64,000 nucleotides of DNA from a virus (lineage: Duplodnaviria > Caudoviricetes): IMG/VR virus record IMGVR_UViG_3300027963_000056, positions 29,912 through 93,911 of that record. One strand, written 5' to 3'. Below, one piece after another: positions 56,654-64,000 of the stretch. How positions within the stretch are numbered: the stretch's first letter is position 1; each line of letters opens with the position of its first letter. The notes below the pieces were generated by a model, which worked only from the letters and a program-made list of their open reading frames with translations, did no database searches and was not told where the DNA came from. Position numbers and translations under genes: made by a program.

Positions 56654-57176
56654 GGGTCTGCAATATAAAGACCTAGAGGGCATGATGAAGCCCACTATTC
56701 ACGTGGACGAATTTGCGGCCAAAATGGGTGATGACGATGATATCATTGTGCTGAGTTTCTTTGTGCGTGATTTGTCGGCTGCCAAAGATCTAGTGGGTTG
56801 GTTCGAAAAGGGCTATGATTTTGTGTTGGACGCTGATCGTTCACCTGGTGAAATCAAACCCAGCCGTTATCTAGTGTATCTTGAACTGCGTCGACGTCGT
56901 AGTGCCGCACAGCATGTGCAAACGCTACTGGATGATTTGTCAACACTTACAGAATTTGCCCCAGAAGAATGGCGCATGAAATACAATGGTCGAGATCACG
57001 AATGGTCTGAAAAGACCTTTGCTGAACTGGTTCCATTAACTCCCGATGCCTACAGAGCCACACACGAAGATGATCTGAATGAAGTGCGCACAGCGGCAGG
57101 CATTACACCCAAACGGATTCACGAAAAATTGCCCGATGATGTCAAATCATTGCAATCAATGGCGGGGATACGATAA
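56586..57176 (+). CDS. Late phage protein
   Basis: LLSE leader, DEF..KMG.D.D..VLSF, EKGY.FVLDAD.S.GE; ends AAGI/MAGI. Confidence 0.8.
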   Translation: MNKPKPLNNPFNSSQPLPALLSEGLQYKDLEGMMKPTIHVDEFAAKMGDDDDIIVLSFFVRDLSAAKDLVGWFEKGYDFVLDADRSPGEIKPSRYLVYLELRRRRSAAQHVQTLLDDLSTLTEFAPEEWRMKYNGRDHEWSEKTFAELVPLTPDAYRATHEDDLNEVRTAAGITPKRIHEKLPDDVKSLQSMAGIR

Positions 57177-59029
57177 TGAAGATAAATGACATACTGGTAG
57201 AATTTGCACCCTCAGGTGGCGGTGGTTCAGGCAACTACTTTCAAGCACTAGCAAGTGCTTGGTACAATGGTACCTTTGACACAGGCAGTCTGCAAAAAGG
57301 CATCAAGAGTCAACAAGATGTTGAACGTTTACTGAATCGTGGCATTGTGTGTCCCGATGGCAAAACACGCAAACTGCATATTGATTACAACGCAGACTTT
57401 GACGGTGTGGAAATCTACAGTGATGACTATTACGAATACGGTGATCACGATGACACCATAGACAGTCGCACAGGCCAAAAATGGGGACCATATGATTTTA
57501 TGGCCTTTTCAGATGAGGATCTGAGTGAAGGCCTTAATGAATTTGCAGCCGATGGTGATTCAGGACGCTGGTACACAGATGATCAAATGACCGACCTAGT
57601 GGGTGATGGCTGGTGGCAAGACATGGACATCAGCGGTGCAAACATTGGCGTGCCTGATTCAGAAGTACCAAAAGCGTACATGATCCAACAGGCACAACGC
57701 TGGTTAAAACGTCAAGGTCATAATGTACAAGTTCTCAATGTTCGAGTAAATGACGATGACGTTGAATGGTATATTGAAGGCGCATTTCCTAAAGATCTAA
57801 CGGAATTTGCAGCCGATGATGGTGACAGCGGCGAAGACGATGTGCTACGCAAATACGCTCAAATGTGGTGGAACGGTGATGATGCAACACAACAGCAAAT
57901 TGAACGTGCTCTTGCAAAAATGGGCTGGGAAATTGGCGAGGACGAAGGCGGCTACGACAACGGTGGTGTGTTTGTGGTACGTGCTGGTGACGAACATGGT
58001 CGTAGTTATACATCCTGGGCCGCAGAAGATTTAGTGGAAGGTGTGGCGGAAGGCTGGAGAGAAGAATCGCAAGATTTAGAAGATTGGGCAAAAGAAGTTA
58101 ATAAAAAATTATATAAAGCCCATGCAAGTCAAAGACCTGCTCTAGCACAACAACTAAGTCAATTGGAACATAAACATTTTGGTAGTCCCGCTAACCCATT
58201 AACTAGAATAGTTAAATCAGCATTAACAGCATTACGTAATGGACAAATGCCACACTATGATTCAGATAAAGTAGGTGCAATGCCTTTTGGATCTTTAGTA
58301 GGAGACGATGCAAAAGAAATAGCCGCCGCCAACTTACACGCCAGCGAGAATCAAGGATATAGCATACTAAAAAGAAATCGTATAGTTGATACTGTTGATG
58401 ACTTTCTTCGACTAGTAGATGTTGTACAGACATTACCGCCGGAGTATCTATTCAAGTATAAAGATGCAGGTGGCCAAGCCTGGTTTGAAATTGTTAAAGA
58501 CATTGGATGGTCAAAGGATGATGCTCCTGGACAAAGATACAGAGTATCTCAGGGCGTAGCGGAGGGTGACTTGAATGAAAAGTCAACAAGCCAAGCACAG
58601 TTCCGCACAATGGCAGCGGCTGCACATGATCCCAAATTTGCAAAAAAGGTTGGTATTAAACCATCAGTGGCACGAGAGTTTAATCGGGCCGATAAGGGTC
58701 AAGATTATAAGTCATTGCCCAAAAAAGCCACTGAAGGTGCTCCTGTCACAACCACGCCCGGGTCCGTTGAACCAGGTGGCGCAGTTGACAACTTCAAACA
58801 GCAAATGGCCAACAATACTGAAAAACAAGCAGGGGTAGCAGAAGCCATTCCATTGAAAACACTCAGATCTCAGGGCCGTGATGAAAAGGAAGCTGACTAC
58901 GGTGATGATTACCAACAAATGGTTTTGCGTTTGAAAAAATTGGCCGGTGCTGGTCCATTAAAGACACAATACGATCCCAACAAGCGTGTGTATCGAAACA
59001 TGCCCACAGCGGTGCAACCAAAAAAATGA
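57176..59029 (+). CDS. Modular putative internal-head polyprotein
   Basis: Leader MKINDILVE; segments joined by L.EFA(A/P) x3 and GVAE x3. Confidence 0.75.
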   Translation: MKINDILVEFAPSGGGGSGNYFQALASAWYNGTFDTGSLQKGIKSQQDVERLLNRGIVCPDGKTRKLHIDYNADFDGVEIYSDDYYEYGDHDDTIDSRTGQKWGPYDFMAFSDEDLSEGLNEFAADGDSGRWYTDDQMTDLVGDGWWQDMDISGANIGVPDSEVPKAYMIQQAQRWLKRQGHNVQVLNVRVNDDDVEWYIEGAFPKDLTEFAADDGDSGEDDVLRKYAQMWWNGDDATQQQIERALAKMGWEIGEDEGGYDNGGVFVVRAGDEHGRSYTSWAAEDLVEGVAEGWREESQDLEDWAKEVNKKLYKAHASQRPALAQQLSQLEHKHFGSPANPLTRIVKSALTALRNGQMPHYDSDKVGAMPFGSLVGDDAKEIAAANLHASENQGYSILKRNRIVDTVDDFLRLVDVVQTLPPEYLFKYKDAGGQAWFEIVKDIGWSKDDAPGQRYRVSQGVAEGDLNEKSTSQAQFRTMAAAAHDPKFAKKVGIKPSVAREFNRADKGQDYKSLPKKATEGAPVTTTPGSVEPGGAVDNFKQQMANNTEKQAGVAEAIPLKTLRSQGRDEKEADYGDDYQQMVLRLKKLAGAGPLKTQYDPNKRVYRNMPTAVQPKK

Positions 59030-59193
59030 CAAGACGCACAGCCACCGGTCGCCCTGTTCCTGTGCTTCAAGGCTCAGCAGGACCGGTAGCACCCAACCCA
59101 CAAATACCACCGCCCATGCCCCCACAGCAGGCCGTCACACGCCTGCCACAGCCAGTTATATCAATGGGCCTGGGCCTGAAACTAAACCCATGA
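59026..59193 (+). CDS. Small Pro-rich protein (55 aa, not in ORF track)
   Basis: MTRRTATGRPVPVLQGSAGPVAPNPQIPPPMPP...; ATGA overlap at both ends. Confidence 0.55.
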   Translation: MTRRTATGRPVPVLQGSAGPVAPNPQIPPPMPPQQAVTRLPQPVISMGLGLKLNP

Positions 59194-59393
59194 GAGCCCA
59201 AGAATTCGTCACTGAAAAAAAGCGAATGAAGCGGCTGAAAGAACTCACATTCATGGGCATGAGTCCTTGTACCAAAGACTGCTCAGGACACCGTGCTGGT
59301 TATAAATGGTCAAAAGCACGTGGTGGTGTCAGCACAGCGTCATGGTCAAACAGTTTCAACAAGGGTGCAGAAATAGCCAAGGCTGGCTATTAA
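59190..59393 (+). CDS. Small basic protein with CTKDCSGH motif
   Basis: Leader MRAQEFVTE; CTKDCSGHRAGYKW...SNSF.KG. Confidence 0.75.
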   Translation: MRAQEFVTEKKRMKRLKELTFMGMSPCTKDCSGHRAGYKWSKARGGVSTASWSNSFNKGAEIAKAGY

Positions 59394-59423
59394 CTGTTAA
59401 AGAGTTCACCTGCTAAATACAGG

Positions 59424-59867
59424 ATGTGGATTTTACATTTTCTTCCTGACGCCTTTATCTTATGGTTTTGTAACCTACTACTCCTAGCAGGCGTGGCAGC
59501 CACTGTGGCCGGCTGGATTGCGCATCGAGTCGCTGTATTGTGGCCCTATCAACTGGCGTTCAAATTGGCCGGTATTGCACTGCTAGTGCTGGGTGTTTAC
59601 TTTCGCGGCGGGCTTGCTGTAGAACAAGAATGGCGTGAGCGTGTGGCAGCAGTAGAAGCAAAACTAGCCCTGTCTGAAAAGGCCAGTGCTGAAGCCAATC
59701 AAGCAATTGAACAAAAGACACAAAAACAAATAGCCGCAGTACGTCAGCGTACAACATACATCCGACAATATGTAGACCGTGAAGTTGTTAAATACGATGC
59801 TGGTTGCGCAATTCCTGAACCATTCGTTCGAGCGCACAACACGGCCGCAGAGGCACCCAAGAAATGA
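59424..59867 (+). CDS. Putative inner-membrane spanin (Rz-like)
   Basis: N-terminal TM segments, coiled coil, C-terminal C.IP; TAAATA upstream. Confidence 0.7.
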   Translation: MWILHFLPDAFILWFCNLLLLAGVAATVAGWIAHRVAVLWPYQLAFKLAGIALLVLGVYFRGGLAVEQEWRERVAAVEAKLALSEKASAEANQAIEQKTQKQIAAVRQRTTYIRQYVDREVVKYDAGCAIPEPFVRAHNTAAEAPKK

Positions 59868-60907
59868 AAATAACAGATATATTGTCAGAAGCCAGTGACG
59901 ACTCAGGTGACTACCAACAGATGCTGGCATTTACCCGTGCCAACAGAGTGGGCGGCGTTCCTGATTCACAACAAATTCCCTTGGCCCTGTTTAAAGAACT
60001 AAAGAAGCAACAACAACAAAATCAAGCACTGGGTGCTGAACTAGACGCGGCTGAACAGCGAATTGATCAAGCCATGAAGTCAGATGAACTCAGCAAACAA
60101 GAACTGGGCATGCATCGCACGGAACTGGACCGTGAGCGTGCGGCAGGCGACGAACAAAAGGCCACTGTGTCACAACTGGGACAACAGTATGCTGAACGTG
60201 AACAGGCCAGCACAGAACAAATCAAGCAATTGACCGGACAATTACAACAGGTGCGCAACATGCCTGGTGTGAACAAAAAGGCCGCTGAGGAATTAGAAAA
60301 GCAAATAAAAGAACTGGGCGAAAAGAGTGTGCCAGTGGCAAGACTAGCAGAACTAGAATCTACTATTGCTCAAATACAAACCTCAAGCATTGCAGATGAC
60401 AGCACAATAAAAGACCTTGTGCAACAAGTAAAAAATGCGCAGGCTGCCAGTGACACCCGTGTGGACATGGTCACGCAGATGCGTCAAGATATTGAACGAC
60501 TGAAACAAGTTGAAACAGATCTTGAACAAGAACTCAATGATCTCAAAGACAGTTATCAAGAAACTGATGCCACATTGTGGGACATAGAATCACAGACCAT
60601 TCCCGGTATAACACAAGATATTGACCAACTCAAAACTGCTGGGGCAGTCAAAAACATACCAACTCCAGCGCCAGTGGGACAACAGGTGCAGACACCTGAA
60701 CCCCCACCACAACAGGCTCCTGCATCCGAGCCTGCGCCTGCCGCAACACCAAACGTCACACAAGAACCAGCAAATCAACCAGCCTGGAAAATAGACAAAG
60801 AGGCTATTTTCCAGAAAATGAAAGATGCAGGGCATTTTCAAGATCAGAAAGTGGCCGAGGATCAAATGAATCGTGCCATTGCATGGGCAACAGGAAAGCA
60901 ACTATGA
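59864..60907 (+). CDS. Coiled-coil protein, putative internal head protein
   Basis: Leader MKITDILSE; long heptads, Pro-rich linker, KVAE near the C-terminus. Confidence 0.75.
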   Translation: MKITDILSEASDDSGDYQQMLAFTRANRVGGVPDSQQIPLALFKELKKQQQQNQALGAELDAAEQRIDQAMKSDELSKQELGMHRTELDRERAAGDEQKATVSQLGQQYAEREQASTEQIKQLTGQLQQVRNMPGVNKKAAEELEKQIKELGEKSVPVARLAELESTIAQIQTSSIADDSTIKDLVQQVKNAQAASDTRVDMVTQMRQDIERLKQVETDLEQELNDLKDSYQETDATLWDIESQTIPGITQDIDQLKTAGAVKNIPTPAPVGQQVQTPEPPPQQAPASEPAPAATPNVTQEPANQPAWKIDKEAIFQKMKDAGHFQDQKVAEDQMNRAIAWATGKQL

Positions 60908-61638
60908 AAGCAAATGAATTTATAACTGAAAAGTGGAGTCAAAAGTACAAGAGCAGTATCAACTGCTCGCACCCTCGAGGCTTCAGCCAGCGAGCACATT
61001 GTGCCGGCAAGAAAAAACACAACGAATCAGTTGAAATGGAAATGGTGTGTGAAGATTGTGGCATGTGTGAAACCCATGGCAACGTTATGGAGATTCGGAA
61101 GGGCCAGAAAGACTCAAACGGATATACACGTTGCTGGCCCGGCAAACATGCTGAAGGTACAAAGAAAGGCAAGAATGGCGGACCGGTGCGCAACTGTGTG
61201 CCCAATGAAAGTGCAGAACTAAACGAAGAATTTGATCTCATTGAGAGTATCATCGAAACAATTGCTGAACATAATGGCGTAGATGCCGAAGTCTTATGGG
61301 AAGACCTAGAAACATTGACTGAAGATGAACTGTATGTGTTTGCTGTGACATCCCAACCCATCATGGAGTCAGAAGCCTGGCAAAAGGCCAATAAAAAGGA
61401 CAAGACAGATGGCATGAGTCAAAAGGCTGTGAACTCTTATCGTCGTGAACATCCTGGATCTAAACTAAAGACTGCTGTGACTACCAAACCCTCAAAATTA
61501 AAGAAGGGCTCCAAAGCCTCCAAGCGCCGTAAGAGTTATTGCTCACGCAGTCGTGGTCAAATGAAGATGCACAGCATCAGTTGCGCCAAGACGCCGGACA
61601 AGGCCATTTGCAAAGCACGACGTCGTTGGAACTGCTAA
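60904..61638 (+). CDS. Modular basic Cys/His-rich protein
   Basis: Leader MKANEFITE; INC..P.GFSQ.AHC, CWPG...NCVP, PGSKLKTAVT...RRKSYCSR...RRRWNC. Confidence 0.8.
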   Translation: MKANEFITEKWSQKYKSSINCSHPRGFSQRAHCAGKKKHNESVEMEMVCEDCGMCETHGNVMEIRKGQKDSNGYTRCWPGKHAEGTKKGKNGGPVRNCVPNESAELNEEFDLIESIIETIAEHNGVDAEVLWEDLETLTEDELYVFAVTSQPIMESEAWQKANKKDKTDGMSQKAVNSYRREHPGSKLKTAVTTKPSKLKKGSKASKRRKSYCSRSRGQMKMHSISCAKTPDKAICKARRRWNC

Positions 61639-61639
61639 A

Positions 61640-61906
61640 ATGAAATACGCTGTAATACTTGCTTTGTTGTTGTCAGGATGCTCAACAGTAGTACCTGTTG
61701 TGGCACGGTTTCCTGAGCCTCCCAGTAAGGGCGCAACAACTGCATGTCCTGCTCTACAGAAACTAAAAGACGATGCAAAGTTAAGCGACGTTACTACCAC
61801 TGTGACAGTGAACTACGGTACCTACTATGAGTGTGCTGTCAAAGCAGATGCCTGGCAGGAATGGTATGCAATACAAAAAATTATACATGAAAAGGCTGGA
61901 AAATAA
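61640..61906 (+). CDS. Putative outer-membrane spanin lipoprotein (Rz1-like)
   Basis: Lipobox LLSGC, FPEPP, C..L, NY..YYEC. Confidence 0.75.
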   Translation: MKYAVILALLLSGCSTVVPVVARFPEPPSKGATTACPALQKLKDDAKLSDVTTTVTVNYGTYYECAVKADAWQEWYAIQKIIHEKAGK

Positions 61907-62523
61907 TGAGCACAATCTTGACACTAGACCAATTAAAACAAATGGTCAAGAATCCGCATATTGATCACTGGTATGCTGTACTAGAACAATTGCTGGATGA
62001 TTATGATATCAACACTCCATTAAGAGTTGCACATTTCATAGCACAATGCGCTCACGAGTCAGGAAATTTTGTTTTCATCCGAGAAAATCTCAACTACAAG
62101 GCCGCAAGCCTACAAAAGATTTTCGGCAAGTATTTTGCCACAGCAGAATTGGCAGCGCAGTATGCCAACAAGCCCGAACAGATTGCCAACAGAATCTATG
62201 CATCAAGAATGGGCAACGGTCCCGAAGCGTCAGGTGATGGTTATAGATACTGTGGACGCGGACTTATACAACTAACGGGCCGAGACAACTACACATTCTT
62301 TGCAGGAAGTCTAGGTATCACAGTGGAAGAAGCGAGTGAATACTTGGCAACATTTGAAGGCGCCGCACAGAGTGCCTGTTGGTTCTGGGAACAAAACAAT
62401 TTAAATCGTTTTGCTGATGCAAATGATGTCAAAGGACTCACACGTGCCATCAATGGTGGCTATATTGGTCTGGATGATCGCATCAGCCACACAGAACATG
62501 CATTACACGTACTGGGTGGATAA
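61906..62523 (+). CDS. GH19 family endolysin
   Basis: FIAQCAHESG, ENLNY, RMGNG, GDGYRY.GRGLIQLTG..NY, INGG..GL.DR. Confidence 0.93.
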   Translation: MSTILTLDQLKQMVKNPHIDHWYAVLEQLLDDYDINTPLRVAHFIAQCAHESGNFVFIRENLNYKAASLQKIFGKYFATAELAAQYANKPEQIANRIYASRMGNGPEASGDGYRYCGRGLIQLTGRDNYTFFAGSLGITVEEASEYLATFEGAAQSACWFWEQNNLNRFADANDVKGLTRAINGGYIGLDDRISHTEHALHVLGG

Positions 62524-62526
62524 ACC

Positions 62527-63237
62527 ATGCCAACAATAGGTCCAGGAATCACCATTGGTCCAGGAATCACAATAAGCAGTCTCAGTGTGGTCACCACAGG
62601 GTTACAAGTGTATATTGACGCTGGACAGACCGCCAGTTACCCCGGCTCAGGCACTGCCTGGACTGATTTGAGTGGTAATGGCAACAACGGAACATTGGTC
62701 AATAGTCCCACATTTACATCTGCCGGAGATGCAAGTTATTTTAGTTTTGGAAGTGCTGGATCACAAAGAACCAGTTTTACCTATCAAACGCCGGTGCAGA
62801 CAGCGGCCACTGCATTTACCTGGAACATCTGGACCTATCCAACAGCAAATCAAGACGGTTATGTTCTCATGGGCTATAGAGGAACCACACCACTCCAGTT
62901 TTACAAATTGACCACTCAAAAATTTGAAATGTATCCTGCAGAAATATTCCAATTGTTCACGCTCAACGTCTGGCAGAATATATGTGTGATTTACGATGGA
63001 ACACAGGCCGGCACAGCCAACATGAAGATGTATGTGAATGGCACACAAGTGGGCTTGAGAGACGCTGACCAACCAGATTTATCACCCAGTGCCATGCCAT
63101 TTTATGTGGGCGGAGACCCTATTGCCAGTGAATTTGCCACAGCAAGAATTTCACAAGTGTTGGTGTACAATCGTGCGTTATCCACCATCGAAATCGCACA
63201 AAATTATAATGCGGTAAAAAGCAGATATGGATTGTAA
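62527..63237 (+). CDS. LamG/concanavalin-A-like virion protein
   Basis: GL..YIDAG...SYPGSG..W.DLSGNGN.GTL, W.NI...YDG, YNRALS..EI.QNY. Confidence 0.88.
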   Translation: MPTIGPGITIGPGITISSLSVVTTGLQVYIDAGQTASYPGSGTAWTDLSGNGNNGTLVNSPTFTSAGDASYFSFGSAGSQRTSFTYQTPVQTAATAFTWNIWTYPTANQDGYVLMGYRGTTPLQFYKLTTQKFEMYPAEIFQLFTLNVWQNICVIYDGTQAGTANMKMYVNGTQVGLRDADQPDLSPSAMPFYVGGDPIASEFATARISQVLVYNRALSTIEIAQNYNAVKSRYGL

Positions 63238-63259
63238 TAAATATTAAAAAGGGGCAGAC

Positions 63260-63769
63260 ATGGCAGAAGAACAAAAACCGATATCAGAGTCAGAAAAGAA
63301 AAAAGAAGACTGGATGAACTCCAAGTGGAGACCGGCCATGGGTTGGATGTACATGTTGACATGTATGACTGACTTTATTTTATTTCCTATCTTGTGGAGT
63401 TTGTTACAAACAGTCACAAAACAACCAATCACACAATGGCAACCTCTCACACTTCAAGGCGCTGGACTATTCCACATTGCCATGGGTGCTGTGTTGGGTA
63501 TTGCGGCCATGGGTCGCACACAAGAAAAACTAGCAGGAGCAAACAATGGCGGAGCAGGCACAACCACACCATCAAGCGGCAGTTCAGCATTTGGCTTACC
63601 TACAGCAAACCCAGCGCCAGTCACCAACAGTTTTGGCTCACAACCCCTGGGCGGCACACCAACAGCAGGCTTTGGTAGCAGTACAGGATTTGGAGCGCCA
63701 GCGGCTGAAGTCACCACAGGATTTGGGGGCAAGCCCGCACCGGTAATCCCACCATTCCCAGAACGATAA
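63260..63769 (+). CDS. Holin-like protein (GTA 3TM holin family)
   Basis: WMNSKWRPAMGW, WQPLTL.G.GLFH.AMGAVLG...GRT.EK. Confidence 0.75.
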   Translation: MAEEQKPISESEKKKEDWMNSKWRPAMGWMYMLTCMTDFILFPILWSLLQTVTKQPITQWQPLTLQGAGLFHIAMGAVLGIAAMGRTQEKLAGANNGGAGTTTPSSGSSAFGLPTANPAPVTNSFGSQPLGGTPTAGFGSSTGFGAPAAEVTTGFGGKPAPVIPPFPER

Positions 63770-63785
63770 CAACAAGGAGAAAACT

Positions 63786-64000
63786 ATGGCAACTAAGAAA
63801 CCAGAAATGAACGAGAATCTCACTTCAGCAGTGAGTGAAGTACTAGAGGGTCAAATCACCGGCAAGAAATGGTACTACAGCAAAACATTTTGGGCCAACA
63901 TCATAGCAGGTGTGGCCGTGATAGCACAGGCCAGTTATGGCTTTGTGTTGCCTGTGGAATATCAAATGGTAGCACTGAGTTTGGTAAACATGGGTCTGCG
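63786..64000 (+). CDS. Small membrane protein, holin-like, 3'-truncated
   Basis: AAGGAG RBS; hand translation ...KKWYYSKTFWANIIAGVAVIAQ... Confidence 0.65.
   Translation, partial: MATKKPEMNENLTSAVSEVLEGQITGKKWYYSKTFWANIIAGVAVIAQASYGFVLPVEYQMVALSLVNMGL

Noticed and set aside
58986-59189. N-terminal 68 aa of the track ORF 58986..59393
   Set aside because: Overlaps two better ORFs; ATG at 59190 gives the MRAQEFVTE leader with ATGA coupling
1-64000. Stop-codon reassignment as in some jumbo phages
   Set aside because: Recognisable genes are full length in code 11 and TAA, TGA and TAG all end tightly tiled genes
1-64000. tRNA, rRNA or tmRNA genes
   Set aside because: No intergenic gap showed a T-loop/cloverleaf by eye; tRNAscan-SE or ARAGORN would be decisive
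1-64000. Bacterial chromosome or prophage origin suggested by clpP, infA, erpA, sod, phoH
   Set aside because: These genes are isolated among phage structural and hypothetical genes, without bacterial operon context (no tig/clpX, no groEL) and mostly behind phage-type late motifs; no integrase or att site seen

Overview
A 64-kb segment of a large (jumbo-type) tailed dsDNA phage genome in the standard genetic code, densely coding, probably infecting a Betaproteobacterium (inferred from the ErpA, desaturase and DUF3563-like genes). Two promoter classes are visible: near-consensus sigma70 promoters (TTGACN-N17-TATAAT) heading blocks of small early genes at about 4-6, 12-14 and 18-31 kb, and a T4-like late motif (TAAATA/TAAGTA) in front of structural and many auxiliary genes. 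Auxiliary/host-like genes include two glycosyltransferases, a fatty-acid desaturase, two ClpP paralogues, three radical-SAM enzymes, IF-1, Fe/Mn SOD, ErpA, PhoH and GroES. There are also a clamp-loader subunit, a DnaE fragment, a putative restriction-modification pair, a GIY-YIG homing endonuclease, tail/fibre proteins and an interrupted lysis cassette. The best candidates for undescribed biology are: (1) late proteins with T4 capsid-targeting-like leaders ending in [ILV]-x-E, including an SOD, a putative nuclease and a modular polyprotein joined by EFAA/GVAE linkers; (2) a Gly-rich virion protein ending in a non-splicing Hint domain, followed by a permuted papain-like enzyme; (3) an 18-bp palindrome/terminator/promoter cassette that marks gene boundaries. 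No tRNA, rRNA, CRISPR array or reverse transcriptase was seen. All family calls are by motif recognition, without database searches.
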